Shown: positions 1 to 9,011, numbered from the stretch's first letter. The stretch: DNA of 44,068 bases from Leptolyngbyaceae cyanobacterium (GCA_965263355.1 CBDHHL010000023.1:1-44068), one strand, 5' to 3'. The notes: generated by a model from the letters alone, not told the origin. Numbers and translations are program-made.

Positions 1-14
1 TGGTCCGCAATGTA

Positions 15-290
15 ATGGCTGGGGATCGCCATATAAAGACTATGGGCGATTGCGGCAGCCACTATCAAGGCAATCAATATCTCGATAGCTTCGCTTCGCT
101 GGATGAACTAATTAATGTTGAGACAGGCATAAATCCGATGGTTTATGAAACGTTGATAAATAACTTTGATGTCAAAATTGAGCCGTGCCCCATATCTGTT
201 GATGCTGACTTTATTGAGCAACAAGCAAAATTGATAGCGGACAGCCAGCCTGATCATATGGCTCATATTGAATTAGTTGAGCATCAGTAA
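15..290 (+). CDS. hypothetical protein (may be 5'-partial)
   Basis: 91-aa ORF at the window edge; no recognisable motif. Confidence 0.5.
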   Translation: MAGDRHIKTMGDCGSHYQGNQYLDSFASLDELINVETGINPMVYETLINNFDVKIEPCPISVDADFIEQQAKLIADSQPDHMAHIELVEHQ

Positions 291-369
291 AAATGCTATG
301 ATTGGCAGCAGCTCCCAATATTGGAAGTATTGAGGGCTGCTTAACCACAAACTTAACGGAAGTAAGTAC

Positions 370-1095
370 ATGGCTAATACAGATATTACCGCATTCAATT
401 GCGATGGAGAATTAGTAGTTGATTCTAGGCTGATTGCAGAACGGCTAGGAATTGATCATTCTAATTTCTTAGAAACTATCGAAAAGCACAGAACCATTGC
501 TACGCAGGCGTTTGGAATTTTCAGGTTTGAAACGGAGAAATTAAATGGGCCGGGACGACGCCCCAAATACTGCCTACTCAACGAAGATCAAGCGACCTTC
601 GTTATGACATTGAGTCGCAATACGCCAGATGTCGTAAAATGCAAAGTCGAACTAATACAAGCATTTTCAAAAGCTAAAGCTGCGCTCAAAGCTTTAGTTC
701 AGCCTACTGAAAATTTAGCAATTGAAGCATGGGTTCTTGACCATCCTCAGCAATGGGAAGAGCACTTTTTCCCAGAATGGAGGGCTGAAGCTGAGCGATT
801 AACCGGATGGCGCTGGAGCTACCGTTGTATGTCAGGCTTCATCAATAAAGCTGTTTACGATTGGATGCCTAAAGCTGTTCTAGACAGGCTGAATGAAGTA
901 AACCCGCAAGATACCAAAGGACGTAGAAAGTCAAAGCAACATCAGTACTTGACAGATGACGCTGATACTCAGGTCTTAAAAGACTATATTCGCACGTCAT
1001 ACGAACTAATGATTGTATGTGGAGAAAAGACAGAGTTTCTTCGACTTATCCGCAATCGACATACAAAAGTAATTCAGCCCTGGTTGTTTGCCTGA
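370..1095 (+). CDS. Rha-family phage regulatory protein with C-terminal P63C-like domain
   Basis: N-term VVDSRLIAERLG...LNEDQATFVMTLSRNT...KVELIQAF (Rha); C-term WEEHFFPEW...VYDWMPKAVLDRLNEVNP...RRKSKQHQYLT (P63C-like). Confidence 0.8.
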   Translation: MANTDITAFNCDGELVVDSRLIAERLGIDHSNFLETIEKHRTIATQAFGIFRFETEKLNGPGRRPKYCLLNEDQATFVMTLSRNTPDVVKCKVELIQAFSKAKAALKALVQPTENLAIEAWVLDHPQQWEEHFFPEWRAEAERLTGWRWSYRCMSGFINKAVYDWMPKAVLDRLNEVNPQDTKGRRKSKQHQYLTDDADTQVLKDYIRTSYELMIVCGEKTEFLRLIRNRHTKVIQPWLFA

Positions 1096-1124
1096 TTAAA
1101 AGAAACTCTCAACAATAAGGAAAA

Positions 1125-1328
1125 ATGAATTTTTTCAACAACAAAAAAGAGACTCGACATCCTGCCTGTAGTGCAAGCGACTGTGCAAATATGGCTAAGC
1201 GTAGAAACTGGCGATTAAAGCGAATCGAGCTACTGCCCAGCGCAAGTTCTCCCAGCGCAATCTTAAAAGTAGATTGTGTTTTCGAAGGTGATTGTCAATT
1301 TTGCAACAACAACAGTGAGGAGGAATAA
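1125..1328 (+). CDS. small Cys-rich hypothetical protein
   Basis: AAGGA RBS; same strand and adjacent to the Rha gene. Confidence 0.6.
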   Translation: MNFFNNKKETRHPACSASDCANMAKRRNWRLKRIELLPSASSPSAILKVDCVFEGDCQFCNNNSEEE

Positions 1329-1333
1329 CCATC

Positions 1334-1759
1334 ATGAAAACTATTTTGTTCTATGCCGACAGTGGGGACGATGCCAAAGACTTTTCTACCTTAGTCACTC
1401 CCACCGGCAGTAAGTCTTTACATAAGCTGATTGAACAGCACTTAGACCCTACTAATGGCCCAGCTCCTAAGTCAGGTTATAGGCTAAGTGAAACGAGCCC
1501 AGATGGGACTCATTGCAGGCAATCCCCCTGGATTGTATATCGCAAGGAAAGCTACGTGCCTGACATACCAATTGGCACTAAGTACATTGAAGTAGTCATA
1601 TGCTGGTGTGATTGGCAGCCATTATCGGATGAAGAAAACCCGTGGATAGAGATTGCTCGAAACTCAGACTTAAGCAATCTTCCAAGGCAAGTTTTGCTTG
1701 ATATGGGCTTATCAGAAGAACAAATTGATTCAGGCGTGTTAGAGCAGTTTAAGCTTTAG
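1334..1759 (+). CDS. hypothetical protein
   Basis: GGAGG RBS upstream; ends before terminator. Confidence 0.65.
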   Translation: MKTILFYADSGDDAKDFSTLVTPTGSKSLHKLIEQHLDPTNGPAPKSGYRLSETSPDGTHCRQSPWIVYRKESYVPDIPIGTKYIEVVICWCDWQPLSDEENPWIEIARNSDLSNLPRQVLLDMGLSEEQIDSGVLEQFKL

Positions 1760-1771
1760 AGCTTAGCGGCC

Positions 1772-1828
1772 ATAAAACAAAAAAACCTCGCTAACCTTTT
1801 CTTGATTAGCGAGGTTTTTTTGTTTTAT
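1772..1828. terminator. bidirectional intrinsic terminator
   Basis: 23-bp perfect inverted repeat ATAAAACAAAAAAACCTCGCTAA / TTAGCGAGGTTTTTTTGTTTTAT between convergent genes. Confidence 0.85.
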
Positions 1829-2085
1829 GCTGCCTTAACTTTACGTTCAGCGCGAATTTCTTTTTTATATCGCTTACAAAATGCCCCGTTAAACTTACGA
1901 AGAGAGTTAAATGCATTGCCATAAGCGATTTTAGCTTCCTGCCAACCGACCATGGCCTTTGTAGATGCAGGTGTTAACCCATTGGCTTCTCTTGGATATT
2001 CGTTAAGTTTTTTGCTAGCTGCTTTTACTTGTTCCTCTAGAACGTTTTTAGCGGCTTTGTCAATGCAATAGTTGCCAGTCAACAT
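1825..2085 (-). CDS. hypothetical basic protein
   Basis: ATG at 2085 (MLTGNY) lies at the same position in the duplicated leader as the ATG at 2650. Confidence 0.65.
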   Translation of the reverse strand: MLTGNYCIDKAAKNVLEEQVKAASKKLNEYPREANGLTPASTKAMVGWQEAKIAYGNAFNSLRKFNGAFCKRYKKEIRAERKVKAA

Positions 2086-2164
2086 AATCTTTTTCTCTCT
2101 CAACTACTCTTCTAATATACCCTCACTCTTTGTCACAATACAACCCCCTGTCATTCATCCGTAC
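2083..2164 (-). repeat. ~80-bp duplicated promoter/leader, copy 1 (copy 2 at 2648-2727)
   Basis: near-identical CTACTCTTCTAATATACCCTCAC...CAACCCCCTGTCATTCATCCGTAC; minus strand reads TTGTAT-N18-TATATT. Confidence 0.9.
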
Positions 2165-2375
2165 GTTTTGCTGCCCTACTTTTCCGCTGTCTAAGCGTTG
2201 CTGCTGACGGGTCATCGACTGGGGGCCTGCCGCCTACGGTTTTTCCTGGGGTATGGCAGCGCTTGCATACGGTGCATTTATACTGTTGTCTGCCTGACTT
2301 CAGAAGTTTGTTCTTTTGGGTCTTTCCTTGACAGTGCGGGCACTGTGGGTTAGGCGTTTTTGGTGTTGGTGACAT
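2151..2375 (-). CDS. InsA-like zinc-ribbon DNA-binding protein
   Basis: CPHC...GRQQYKCTVC plus basic tail GRPP...ATLRQRKSR; no InsB or IS1 ends nearby. Confidence 0.6.
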   Translation of the reverse strand: MSPTPKTPNPQCPHCQGKTQKNKLLKSGRQQYKCTVCKRCHTPGKTVGGRPPVDDPSAATLRQRKSRAAKRTDE

Positions 2376-2413
2376 GGCTGAAAAATAGCCCCATTGCTGG
2401 GGCCGTGGCATCA

Positions 2414-2650
2414 CTAAGATAAAATTGATTTACGCTGCTTACAAAGCTTAACTAGCGTTGAAACTTCAGTCGGGATGATTTCCCAAATTTCTTTTTTTTG
2501 CAAGATGAATTCATCATCCGAATACTGATCCGCTTCCTCTGAGTAAATTGACTCAACAACAGGAGCTTCTAAAAATTCTTTTATTTCTCGCTTCTTTTGA
2601 ACTATCTTTTCGTTTAATCTCTGAAGTCTAGCAATTTCTTGGTCAGTCAT
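2414..2650 (-). CDS. hypothetical protein
   Basis: 78-aa ORF behind duplicated promoter. Confidence 0.65.
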   Translation of the reverse strand: MTDQEIARLQRLNEKIVQKKREIKEFLEAPVVESIYSEEADQYSDDEFILQKKEIWEIIPTEVSTLVKLCKQRKSILS

Positions 2651-2727
2651 AATCCTTGTCTCTCAGCTACTCTTCTAATATACCCTCACCCTTTGTCACG
2701 ATGCAACCCCCTGTCATTCATCCGTAC
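2648..2727 (-). repeat. ~80-bp duplicated promoter/leader, copy 2
   Basis: matches 2083-2164; TTGCAT-N18-TATATT on minus strand. Confidence 0.9.
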
Positions 2728-3025
2728 ATTGGGCATGACTGCCTGGAAAAGTTTTTTCAGTAATTTCTTTTGCCAAAAACTGAACGCAGCTGAAATCCTT
2801 GAATGATAGCGATCGTTTACGAGGGGACAGCTTCACCAGTGCCAGGAACAGACCAAGGCGAGACGATGAAGACTAATACAATAACCCCGTTTATTGCACC
2901 TGGGATGAGTACGACGTTACAGCAAGCGGTTTAAGCGTCAAAAACGCTTTCTAGACTACAAGCAAAATCACGAATGGCTTCGTCGATGTCGCTCGCGGCC
3001 ACTTCCCGGCTCAGCAATGTAACAT

Positions 3026-3262
3026 TTAAGGTTGGTTCATAAAACTCAAGTAAAAATCAATCCCTTCTAATTCCACATAATAAATTTGCACTTTTCCTAC
3101 TTTCTCTTTGCCTGGGATAATTCGTGGATCAATGTTGAGCTCCACCGCATCTAAAATAGCGTCCTTCAAAACGTCATCAGTAACACCATCTGCCACTGAT
3201 GCAAAGACCTTGATGTGCCCGTAGATAGGGATTGTCAATAGTGTCAATAGTTCTTCTTTCAT
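3026..3262 (-). CDS. hypothetical protein (possibly frameshifted, continuing to 2931)
   Basis: 78-aa ORF; the -1 frame after the T5 run at 3052-3056 stays open to 2931. Confidence 0.5.
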   Translation of the reverse strand: MKEELLTLLTIPIYGHIKVFASVADGVTDDVLKDAILDAVELNIDPRIIPGKEKVGKVQIYYVELEGIDFYLSFMNQP

Positions 3263-3338
3263 TTTTTATCAAAAACTCGGCCTACTAAATTACTTTGACT
3301 TGCTGCTGCATCCGCAACTAATCAGTCCAATAAACCCC

Positions 3339-3641
3339 TTATTCCTCAATGCTTTCATTGAGAGTGCTATTTTTTTGGACTAATTCTGGACTATTATTGT
3401 CTAGATGAACCAGTATGGACAAATGAGTTCTCAGCCCCTTGCCGGTCCAGCGGTTTTTAGTGGCCCTACGACTAAAAGCCTCATTAAAGCTTTGCGCCGA
3501 AACATAGCCAAAAACCTTATACAAAGCAGTCCAGCCCCCACGCATTAAAACCCATTTGCTTAGTAATTTGTATGGATTCTCGACTGCATCTAACAGTTGC
3601 TGAGGTGTAATTTCTTCGCTCATGTGCCTCAATAAAATCAT
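3339..3641 (-). CDS. hypothetical protein, possible regulator
   Basis: first gene behind the leftward promoter of a divergent pair. Confidence 0.55.
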   Translation of the reverse strand: MILLRHMSEEITPQQLLDAVENPYKLLSKWVLMRGGWTALYKVFGYVSAQSFNEAFSRRATKNRWTGKGLRTHLSILVHLDNNSPELVQKNSTLNESIEE

Positions 3642-3654
3642 TGATTGCTATCAA

Positions 3655-3728
3655 AAGATAAGCGACTAAAGATAATTTGTCAAGCCCTCAATAAAAGTGT
3701 TGACACTCAAAAATGTAGCGTGTAAATT
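3655..3728. promoter_or_regulatory. back-to-back sigma70-type promoters
   Basis: plus: TTGACA(3700-3705)-N17-TAAATT(3723-3728); minus: TTGACA(3683-3678)-N17-TATCTT(3660-3655). Confidence 0.75.
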
Positions 3729-3756
3729 AGGAGATGTCAATAGATGTTAGAAAGCA

Positions 3757-4119
3757 ATGGCGTTTGTAACTACAAGAAAAGCTGCCCATGGTGTCATCAT
3801 TGCTCAGAAAATTATCAATGATAGGCACCCTATGGAAGATTTTGATTCTTTGCGAGTTGAGGAAGGCTTTGTGCTTGCGTATTCAAATCATTCACGTCGG
3901 TTGTTTAAGGAAATGCGGTTAGCTGCATCGCTAGATGAAAGAACTAAGTTTTTAAGATTAGAAGGTGTTGAGTACAGAGAAGACTGGGCTTTTGGAAAAG
4001 GATATTATTTAGCAGGTTCATTGAAAACAAAAGGATGGAGGGTGGTTAAACGACTGCCTCAATACGCTCAATCTGCATTGCCATTAAATGCTAATTTACC
4101 TGATCGTATTTCTTATTAG
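3757..4119 (+). CDS. hypothetical protein
   Basis: 120-aa ORF after promoter. Confidence 0.6.
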   Translation: MAFVTTRKAAHGVIIAQKIINDRHPMEDFDSLRVEEGFVLAYSNHSRRLFKEMRLAASLDERTKFLRLEGVEYREDWAFGKGYYLAGSLKTKGWRVVKRLPQYAQSALPLNANLPDRISY

Positions 4120-4155
4120 AGACTTAAAAAATAAAGGATTAGCACAGCACAAAAA

Positions 4156-4683
4156 ATGTTCAAACAATTAGAGTTTCATTCTGGTGGCCAGACCGGAGCA
4201 GATAGAGCGGGTTTAGATGCTGCTAGGTATTGCGGATTCAAAACTGGTGGATGGGCCGCCAAAGGTTACATGATTCAAACTTGGTCAGGAGAAAATATAT
4301 CGGATTACTCACTTAAAATGTTCGGCCTCAAAGAATATCCTGAGGCTGGATATCCACCTAGGACAAAAGCAAATGTTTTTGACACAGACTTAACTGTATG
4401 GTTCGGTCGTCAAAATAGCCCAGGTGGAAGGCTCACAATAGGAACTGCAAAAAAACTAGAAAAATTATTGCTAATAAATCCTAGCGCCGAAGAATTAGCC
4501 GATTATATTTGTAGTAATGATGCTGAGAGGGTGAACATCGCAGGTAATCGGCTTTCGGAAAAGAATCCAGATATTTATCTCAAAACATTCAAAACTTTGG
4601 TTGAATCCATGCAAATCTTAAACGGTGCTCAAGGACTACTGCCGTCTTTTGTATGGCAAACAAAATTAGATGTGCTAGACTAG
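4156..4683 (+). CDS. SLOG-superfamily 'putative molybdenum carrier' protein
   Basis: SGGQTGADRAGLDAA...TGGWAAKG...YPPRTKANV..TD...NIAGNR. Confidence 0.85.
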   Translation: MFKQLEFHSGGQTGADRAGLDAARYCGFKTGGWAAKGYMIQTWSGENISDYSLKMFGLKEYPEAGYPPRTKANVFDTDLTVWFGRQNSPGGRLTIGTAKKLEKLLLINPSAEELADYICSNDAERVNIAGNRLSEKNPDIYLKTFKTLVESMQILNGAQGLLPSFVWQTKLDVLD

Positions 4684-4768
4684 AACACATTAAACCCCCT
4701 CGCCGTCTGGCATGGTCACCACCGTCAAAAACGCTCTGAGTCTGAGAAACTTGAGCGTTTTTTGATGT

Positions 4769-5179
4769 TTAAGGAATAAAGTTAACTTCCATTCCGTAAA
4801 GTGTCGCCTTAAGACAGCCCGTATCTCCAGCTGACGACGGCAATTGAAAGCCCATATGAGCATAGCCAGTGTCACCACCAGGGGGATCGATACTCACGGG
4901 TTCTACTGGGCTGCTGAATGTCGGTGGCGTAGGTTCAGGTGTGGGAACTGTAGGCTCAGGATCAGGGATGTCTTTTTCATCTTTCTTTTTTCCACCACCT
5001 TGCGCTAAGCCCGCAGCGCCACTTAACCCGGTTGTAGCTACGGCATAGCCCCCAGTCGTCTCAGCAGCGCCCATTTTGTCAGATACAGCCGATGCAACAA
5101 TTGTGATCGCGCCTAAGGCTAGAGAGCCCGCAGCAATCATCAAAGCTACATAATCATCGCTATCAGTTACGTTCATCAC
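4769..5179 (-). CDS. membrane protein with Pro-rich tail
   Basis: hydrophobic N-terminal segments followed by PDPEPTVPTPEPTPP. Confidence 0.6.
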   Translation of the reverse strand: MMNVTDSDDYVALMIAAGSLALGAITIVASAVSDKMGAAETTGGYAVATTGLSGAAGLAQGGGKKKDEKDIPDPEPTVPTPEPTPPTFSSPVEPVSIDPPGGDTGYAHMGFQLPSSAGDTGCLKATLYGMEVNFIP

Positions 5180-5189
5180 CGCTCACAGT

Positions 5190-5275
5190 ATATCCAAAGT
5201 TGACAGCTTAGCTCTATTCTGGCATTTTCAGGGGATAATGTACTAGTGCGATCGTGTTGAGTTTTATCATGGAAT
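5190..5275 (+). repeat. ~85-bp duplicated methyltransferase promoter/leader, copy 1
   Basis: GTTGACAGCTTAGCTCTATTCTGGCATTTTCAGGGGATAATGT is identical in copy 2 (6119-6204). Confidence 0.9.
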
Positions 5276-5291
5276 AAGGAGGTGATCATTA

Positions 5292-6103
5292 GTGAAGGAA
5301 GATCTAGTTCAACTATTTCAAGGCGAATGCCTTGATGTAATGGGCCAACTAATAGCTGACAAAGTAACTGTAGACGCTATTATTACAGATCCACCTTACG
5401 GTTGAGCACGACCGCTTGCAAATGGGATAGCGTAATCCCGTTTGATGAAATGTGGATGAGATTAAAGAAACTAGTTAAGCCTAATGGGGCAATAGCTTTA
5501 TTTGGAAGTGAGCCTTTTAGTAGTGCTCTTAGGATGAGTAATATTAAAGACTATAAATATGATTGGGTGTGGGATAAAAAACTAGCTGCCAATTTTGCAA
5601 ATGCCCCATACCAACCTCTAAAAGTTACTGAAAATATATTGGTGTTTGGGAAGCATTGTTATTTCCCTCTAAAAAAGAAAGGGAAATTAAAAACAAAAGG
5701 GAGCGGCAATCAGTGGGTGGGAGTGTTCAATAACGGCACTCGCAATGATGGCACTCGCAATGATGAGTATTACCCCACTAATCTTATTCAAGTTAGCAAT
5801 GCGAATAGGATTGACCGACTCCACCCTACCCAAAAGCCCGTTGCTCTCATGGAGTACCTAATCAAAACCTACACGCTACCAGGGGAAACCGTCCTAGACT
5901 TTACTATGGGCAGTGGCAGTACCGGAGTTGCGGCCAAAAAACTAGGTCGTAAGTTTATTGGGATTGAACTAGATACTGATTATTTTGAGATCGCTAAAAA
6001 CCGTATTAATGAAGTATGGGCACCGGGGCAAACAGAGCCTAGCGACAAGAAACCTATTGCAGAAAAAGAGCAGCTAGATATCTGGGATGCATTGGCAAGC
6101 TGA
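5292..6103 (+). pseudogene. beta-class N6/N4 DNA methyltransferase interrupted by 5-nt insertion (pseudogene or recoded)
   Basis: AAGGAGGTGA RBS, GTG 5292, ...GECLDVM...IITDPPYG then TGA 5403-5405; downstream frame TTACKWD...HPTQKP...LDFTMGSGSTG; deleting 5401-5405 restores DPPYGTTACKWD. Confidence 0.85.
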
Positions 6104-6118
6104 ACGGAATCTCACGAC

Positions 6119-6204
6119 ATATCCAAGGTTGACAGCTTAGCTCTATTCTGGCATTTTCAGGGGATAATGTCCTAGTGTGATTGTGCTAAGTTTTGCTATG
6201 GAAT
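6119..6204 (+). repeat. ~85-bp duplicated methyltransferase promoter/leader, copy 2
   Basis: matches 5190-5275 and ends in ATGGAAT, the start of the second MTase. Confidence 0.9.
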
Positions 6205-7310
6205 TAAATCAAGTTATTCAGGGCGATTGCTTGGAAGTGATGGACGGCATCCCTGATAGCAGCATTGATCTAATAGCGACTGACCCGCCTTTTTTTAAGG
6301 TAAAAGGGGGTGGTTCTAAAGGTAAATTCGAGTGGTGGGATCGCGCCTGGGATAATTCAGCAGAATTCTTGAGATGGATTGACCAGCTAGCCGCACAATG
6401 GCAACGCATCTTAAAACCTAATGGCAGCCTGTATTGTTTCGCGAGCACAAAAATGTCAGCACAAGTTGAGGTGTTGTTGAGCGATCGGTTTAATGTGCTG
6501 AATAATATTCGATGGCGGAAGGAACAAGGAAGACATAAAGCATCATGCAAAGAAATTCTTAGAGGCTATTTTCCTGCATCGGAATCAATTATCTTTTGTG
6601 AACATTACGGCGCAGATAACGCAGCTAAAGGCGCAGCAGGTTATCAGGCAAAGTGTGATGAGTTGCGCGGGTTTGTTTTTGAACCGTTGCGAGCGTATTT
6701 GGATGGAGAGAGGACCAAAGCCAAAATTGCACATAGACGAATAATACATATTCTTGGGATGCGGGGGCATGACTCGCATTTTTTTAGCCCTATTCAATGG
6801 AAGTTGCCTCTAGAAGACCAGTACAAAACCCTCCAAGACTCATTCCCCGGTTACTTTCAACGCCCATACGAAGAACTACGTCAGCAATACGAAGAACTAT
6901 GTCAGCAATACGAAGAACTACGTAGACCGTTTATCGTATCGTCAGACGTACCCTACACCGATATATGGGACTTTCCCACAGTGCAAAGCTACCCAGGCAA
7001 GCACCCATGCGAGAAGCCATTGACCATGATGGCGCACATAATAAACGCTAGTTCTAAGCCTAATTCAGTAGTCCTAGATTGCTTTTGTGGTTCCGGCAAT
7101 ACTCTAGTAGCTGCCAAAAAGCACGGACGACATTTTATCGGGATTGATATTGATCCTCATTGGGCAGATGTAGCCCGTGGCAAAGTCGGCAAAGAACAAA
7201 GCTTTGTATCACAGCAGGCTAGATTAGACTGGCTAAAACAACAGACCGCAACACCTGAGGAAGCCCCCAAAAAGCAACAGCTAAGCTTATTGGATTTACT
7301 TGCAAGCTAG
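6198..7310 (+). CDS. beta-class DNA adenine methyltransferase, M.EcoGI/GII-like
   Basis: TDPPFFKVK, LKPNGSLY, LRGYFPASESIIFCEHY, QWKLP, VPYTDIW..YPGKHPCEKP, DCFCGSG; start refined to MELNQ. Confidence 0.85.
   Translation: MELNQVIQGDCLEVMDGIPDSSIDLIATDPPFFKVKGGGSKGKFEWWDRAWDNSAEFLRWIDQLAAQWQRILKPNGSLYCFASTKMSAQVEVLLSDRFNVLNNIRWRKEQGRHKASCKEILRGYFPASESIIFCEHYGADNAAKGAAGYQAKCDELRGFVFEPLRAYLDGERTKAKIAHRRIIHILGMRGHDSHFFSPIQWKLPLEDQYKTLQDSFPGYFQRPYEELRQQYEELCQQYEELRRPFIVSSDVPYTDIWDFPTVQSYPGKHPCEKPLTMMAHIINASSKPNSVVLDCFCGSGNTLVAAKKHGRHFIGIDIDPHWADVARGKVGKEQSFVSQQARLDWLKQQTATPEEAPKKQQLSLLDLLAS
6866..6923 (+). repeat. 21-bp tandem repeat (about 2.8 copies) encoding YEEL(R/C)QQ heptads
   Basis: ATACGAAGAACTAYGTCAGCA repeated in frame. 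Confidence 0.9.
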
Positions 7311-7320
7311 GCATCAATCA

Positions 7321-8085
7321 TCAATCCCCAGATTGCGTCTTTATAACTCCAAAAGCAGTCAACGACACAATAACACCGCTAATCAATTTATTAATCAACT
7401 CAGGGTCAATCCCCAGTAGAACGACTGCAATCAACGCGATTAAAACGCCCAGCACCGTCCAAAGCTTTTTCAATTTCTGCCATGACGTGTAAAGTTGAGC
7501 AATCTTATGATTTTGCTCAACTTCTGCTAATTTCTCTTTTTGATGCTGAGCAGTTAAATATTCTACTTGTTCCTGCAACGCGATCACATCGCCCACTAGC
7601 TGAGAGTTTTCAGCATTTTTAGACTCTAACTGCGACTCCAAATATACGTTGCGAGCACCCATCGTTTTAAGGGGATCAACCTCGTTTTCCCCCTCTAACT
7701 GTTCGCTTTTCAGCCATTGAAACCGGCATTCATATTTAGCCCCTTGAAGCTGAGGAACAATCAATAATTCACGGATGCCAGGATGCAATTTTAGAGGCGT
7801 TTCAATTCGCTTCCCATCATAATAAACGCCTAGCCCGCTTTCAGTCCCGTTGCCATCTTTAATATAGTATTCTCCGTCTGAACTGTAAGTAATAGTGGCC
7901 TGACATCGACTAATGCGTTTCTGAATTAAGGCAGGAGCAATAGCACCAATCCGAATATACGAATCAGCTTCATATACCCCAGGTGATCGACCGATGCGAA
8001 CCGGCACCTGAGCCAGGTTGATTTCATGCGTTAGTTCTCTGTCTCCGCATCGCTCAATTACGCGTGGGCTTAACCATGTATCCAT
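7321..8085 (-). CDS. FHA-domain protein with coiled coil and C-terminal TM helices
   Basis: RIGRS...ISRCQATI...YYIKDG..ESGLGVYYDG; heptad region; two hydrophobic helices. Confidence 0.75.
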   Translation of the reverse strand: MDTWLSPRVIERCGDRELTHEINLAQVPVRIGRSPGVYEADSYIRIGAIAPALIQKRISRCQATITYSSDGEYYIKDGNGTESGLGVYYDGKRIETPLKLHPGIRELLIVPQLQGAKYECRFQWLKSEQLEGENEVDPLKTMGARNVYLESQLESKNAENSQLVGDVIALQEQVEYLTAQHQKEKLAEVEQNHKIAQLYTSWQKLKKLWTVLGVLIALIAVVLLGIDPELINKLISGVIVSLTAFGVIKTQSGD

Positions 8086-8182
8086 TGGAGGTGAAAATAA
8101 TGGGCCGGTCGGTAGATGACCCTAGGTAGCCGTAGAATAGGCTATGAACCGTTATACAGCCTACGTTAACACGATTTGATTT

Positions 8183-8410
8183 GTGTTGATACGGCAAATT
8201 GATATCACCATGCCCCCAACTGACCACCAAGGCGACTCCAAAACGACTGTGATTTTTACTCAAGCGATCGAATCGTTGATAGCTGAATATTGTAATGCAA
8301 CAGGGATAACGAAAGCTGATTTTGTCAGAACAGCAGCCGTACGCTATTTGCAGGATGTCATGGGAATTGATTATGTGTGGGAGAAATTGCGCGGGCATCC
8401 CAAAAAATAA
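8183..8410 (+). CDS. ribbon-helix-helix (CopG-like) regulator
   Basis: KTTVIFT...IAEYCNATGITKADFVRTAAVRYL. Confidence 0.7.
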   Translation: MLIRQIDITMPPTDHQGDSKTTVIFTQAIESLIAEYCNATGITKADFVRTAAVRYLQDVMGIDYVWEKLRGHPKK

Positions 8411-8442
8411 AACCCCCGTGCTCAAGCAGACACAGGGGTTAT
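8410..8442. terminator. hairpin/terminator (U-tract on minus strand)
   Basis: AACCCCCGTG...CACAGGGGTT flanked by A/T runs. Confidence 0.55.
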
Positions 8443-8579
8443 TTTGTAACTATCGAACCGACCTCGTTACTGGATATTGTATCCAATTTTGGTAGCTACA
8501 GATGAACTACCCCACCGTGTAGACGGATAGGGAATTCCGCTTATTTGTTAAAATTAGCGTGAAGCTACTGCGAGAAAAA

Positions 8580-9011
8580 ATGACTATCGATTTTGACACA
8601 TTGACCCCTATTCTTGCAGGCGCGATCGCACCTGCATTGTCCACCGTACTACTAGTGATCAACCCACGGTTAGCACGGACACTAAAAGGATTTATCCCAG
8701 GAATTAATAAATACACTGAGATCGCTAAAACGATTCTCCCCATGATTGATGCAAAGCTGGCTCAACATATTGATCTGGTTGATGGTACTGCTGATGTGCT
8801 GCGCAAAGTAGCCGCTGGTGAAGTCACTGTTCTCGGCATGACATCCCGGATGCGTCAAGTCGCCGGAAAAATCGGTGAAAACCCACGAGAGCTAAAAATT
8901 CTTCTAGATGAGATCGATGAAGAATTCAAAGCCACCGAGTTCAATAAACTGAACAAGAATGGCCCTGTGCAAACATCTGAGTTCGTTTCTGTTGACGCGC
9001 CTGGTCATTGA
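8580..9011 (+). CDS. N-terminally anchored membrane protein (holin-like position)
   Basis: hydrophobic ILAGAIAPALSTVLLVI; upstream of endolysins; last codon altered by IS605. Confidence 0.55.
   Translation: MTIDFDTLTPILAGAIAPALSTVLLVINPRLARTLKGFIPGINKYTEIAKTILPMIDAKLAQHIDLVDGTADVLRKVAAGEVTVLGMTSRMRQVAGKIGENPRELKILLDEIDEEFKATEFNKLNKNGPVQTSEFVSVDAPGH

Noticed and set aside
2151..2414. IS1 element
   Set aside because: Only an InsA-like zinc ribbon; no InsB frame or IS1 terminal repeats found
2760..2960. tmRNA or other structured RNA
   Set aside because: No tRNA-like ends or convincing tag peptide seen
5735..5765. 15-bp tandem repeat GGCACTCGCAATGAT as a phase-variation site
   Set aside because: Two in-frame copies in a variable loop; copy changes would not shift frame
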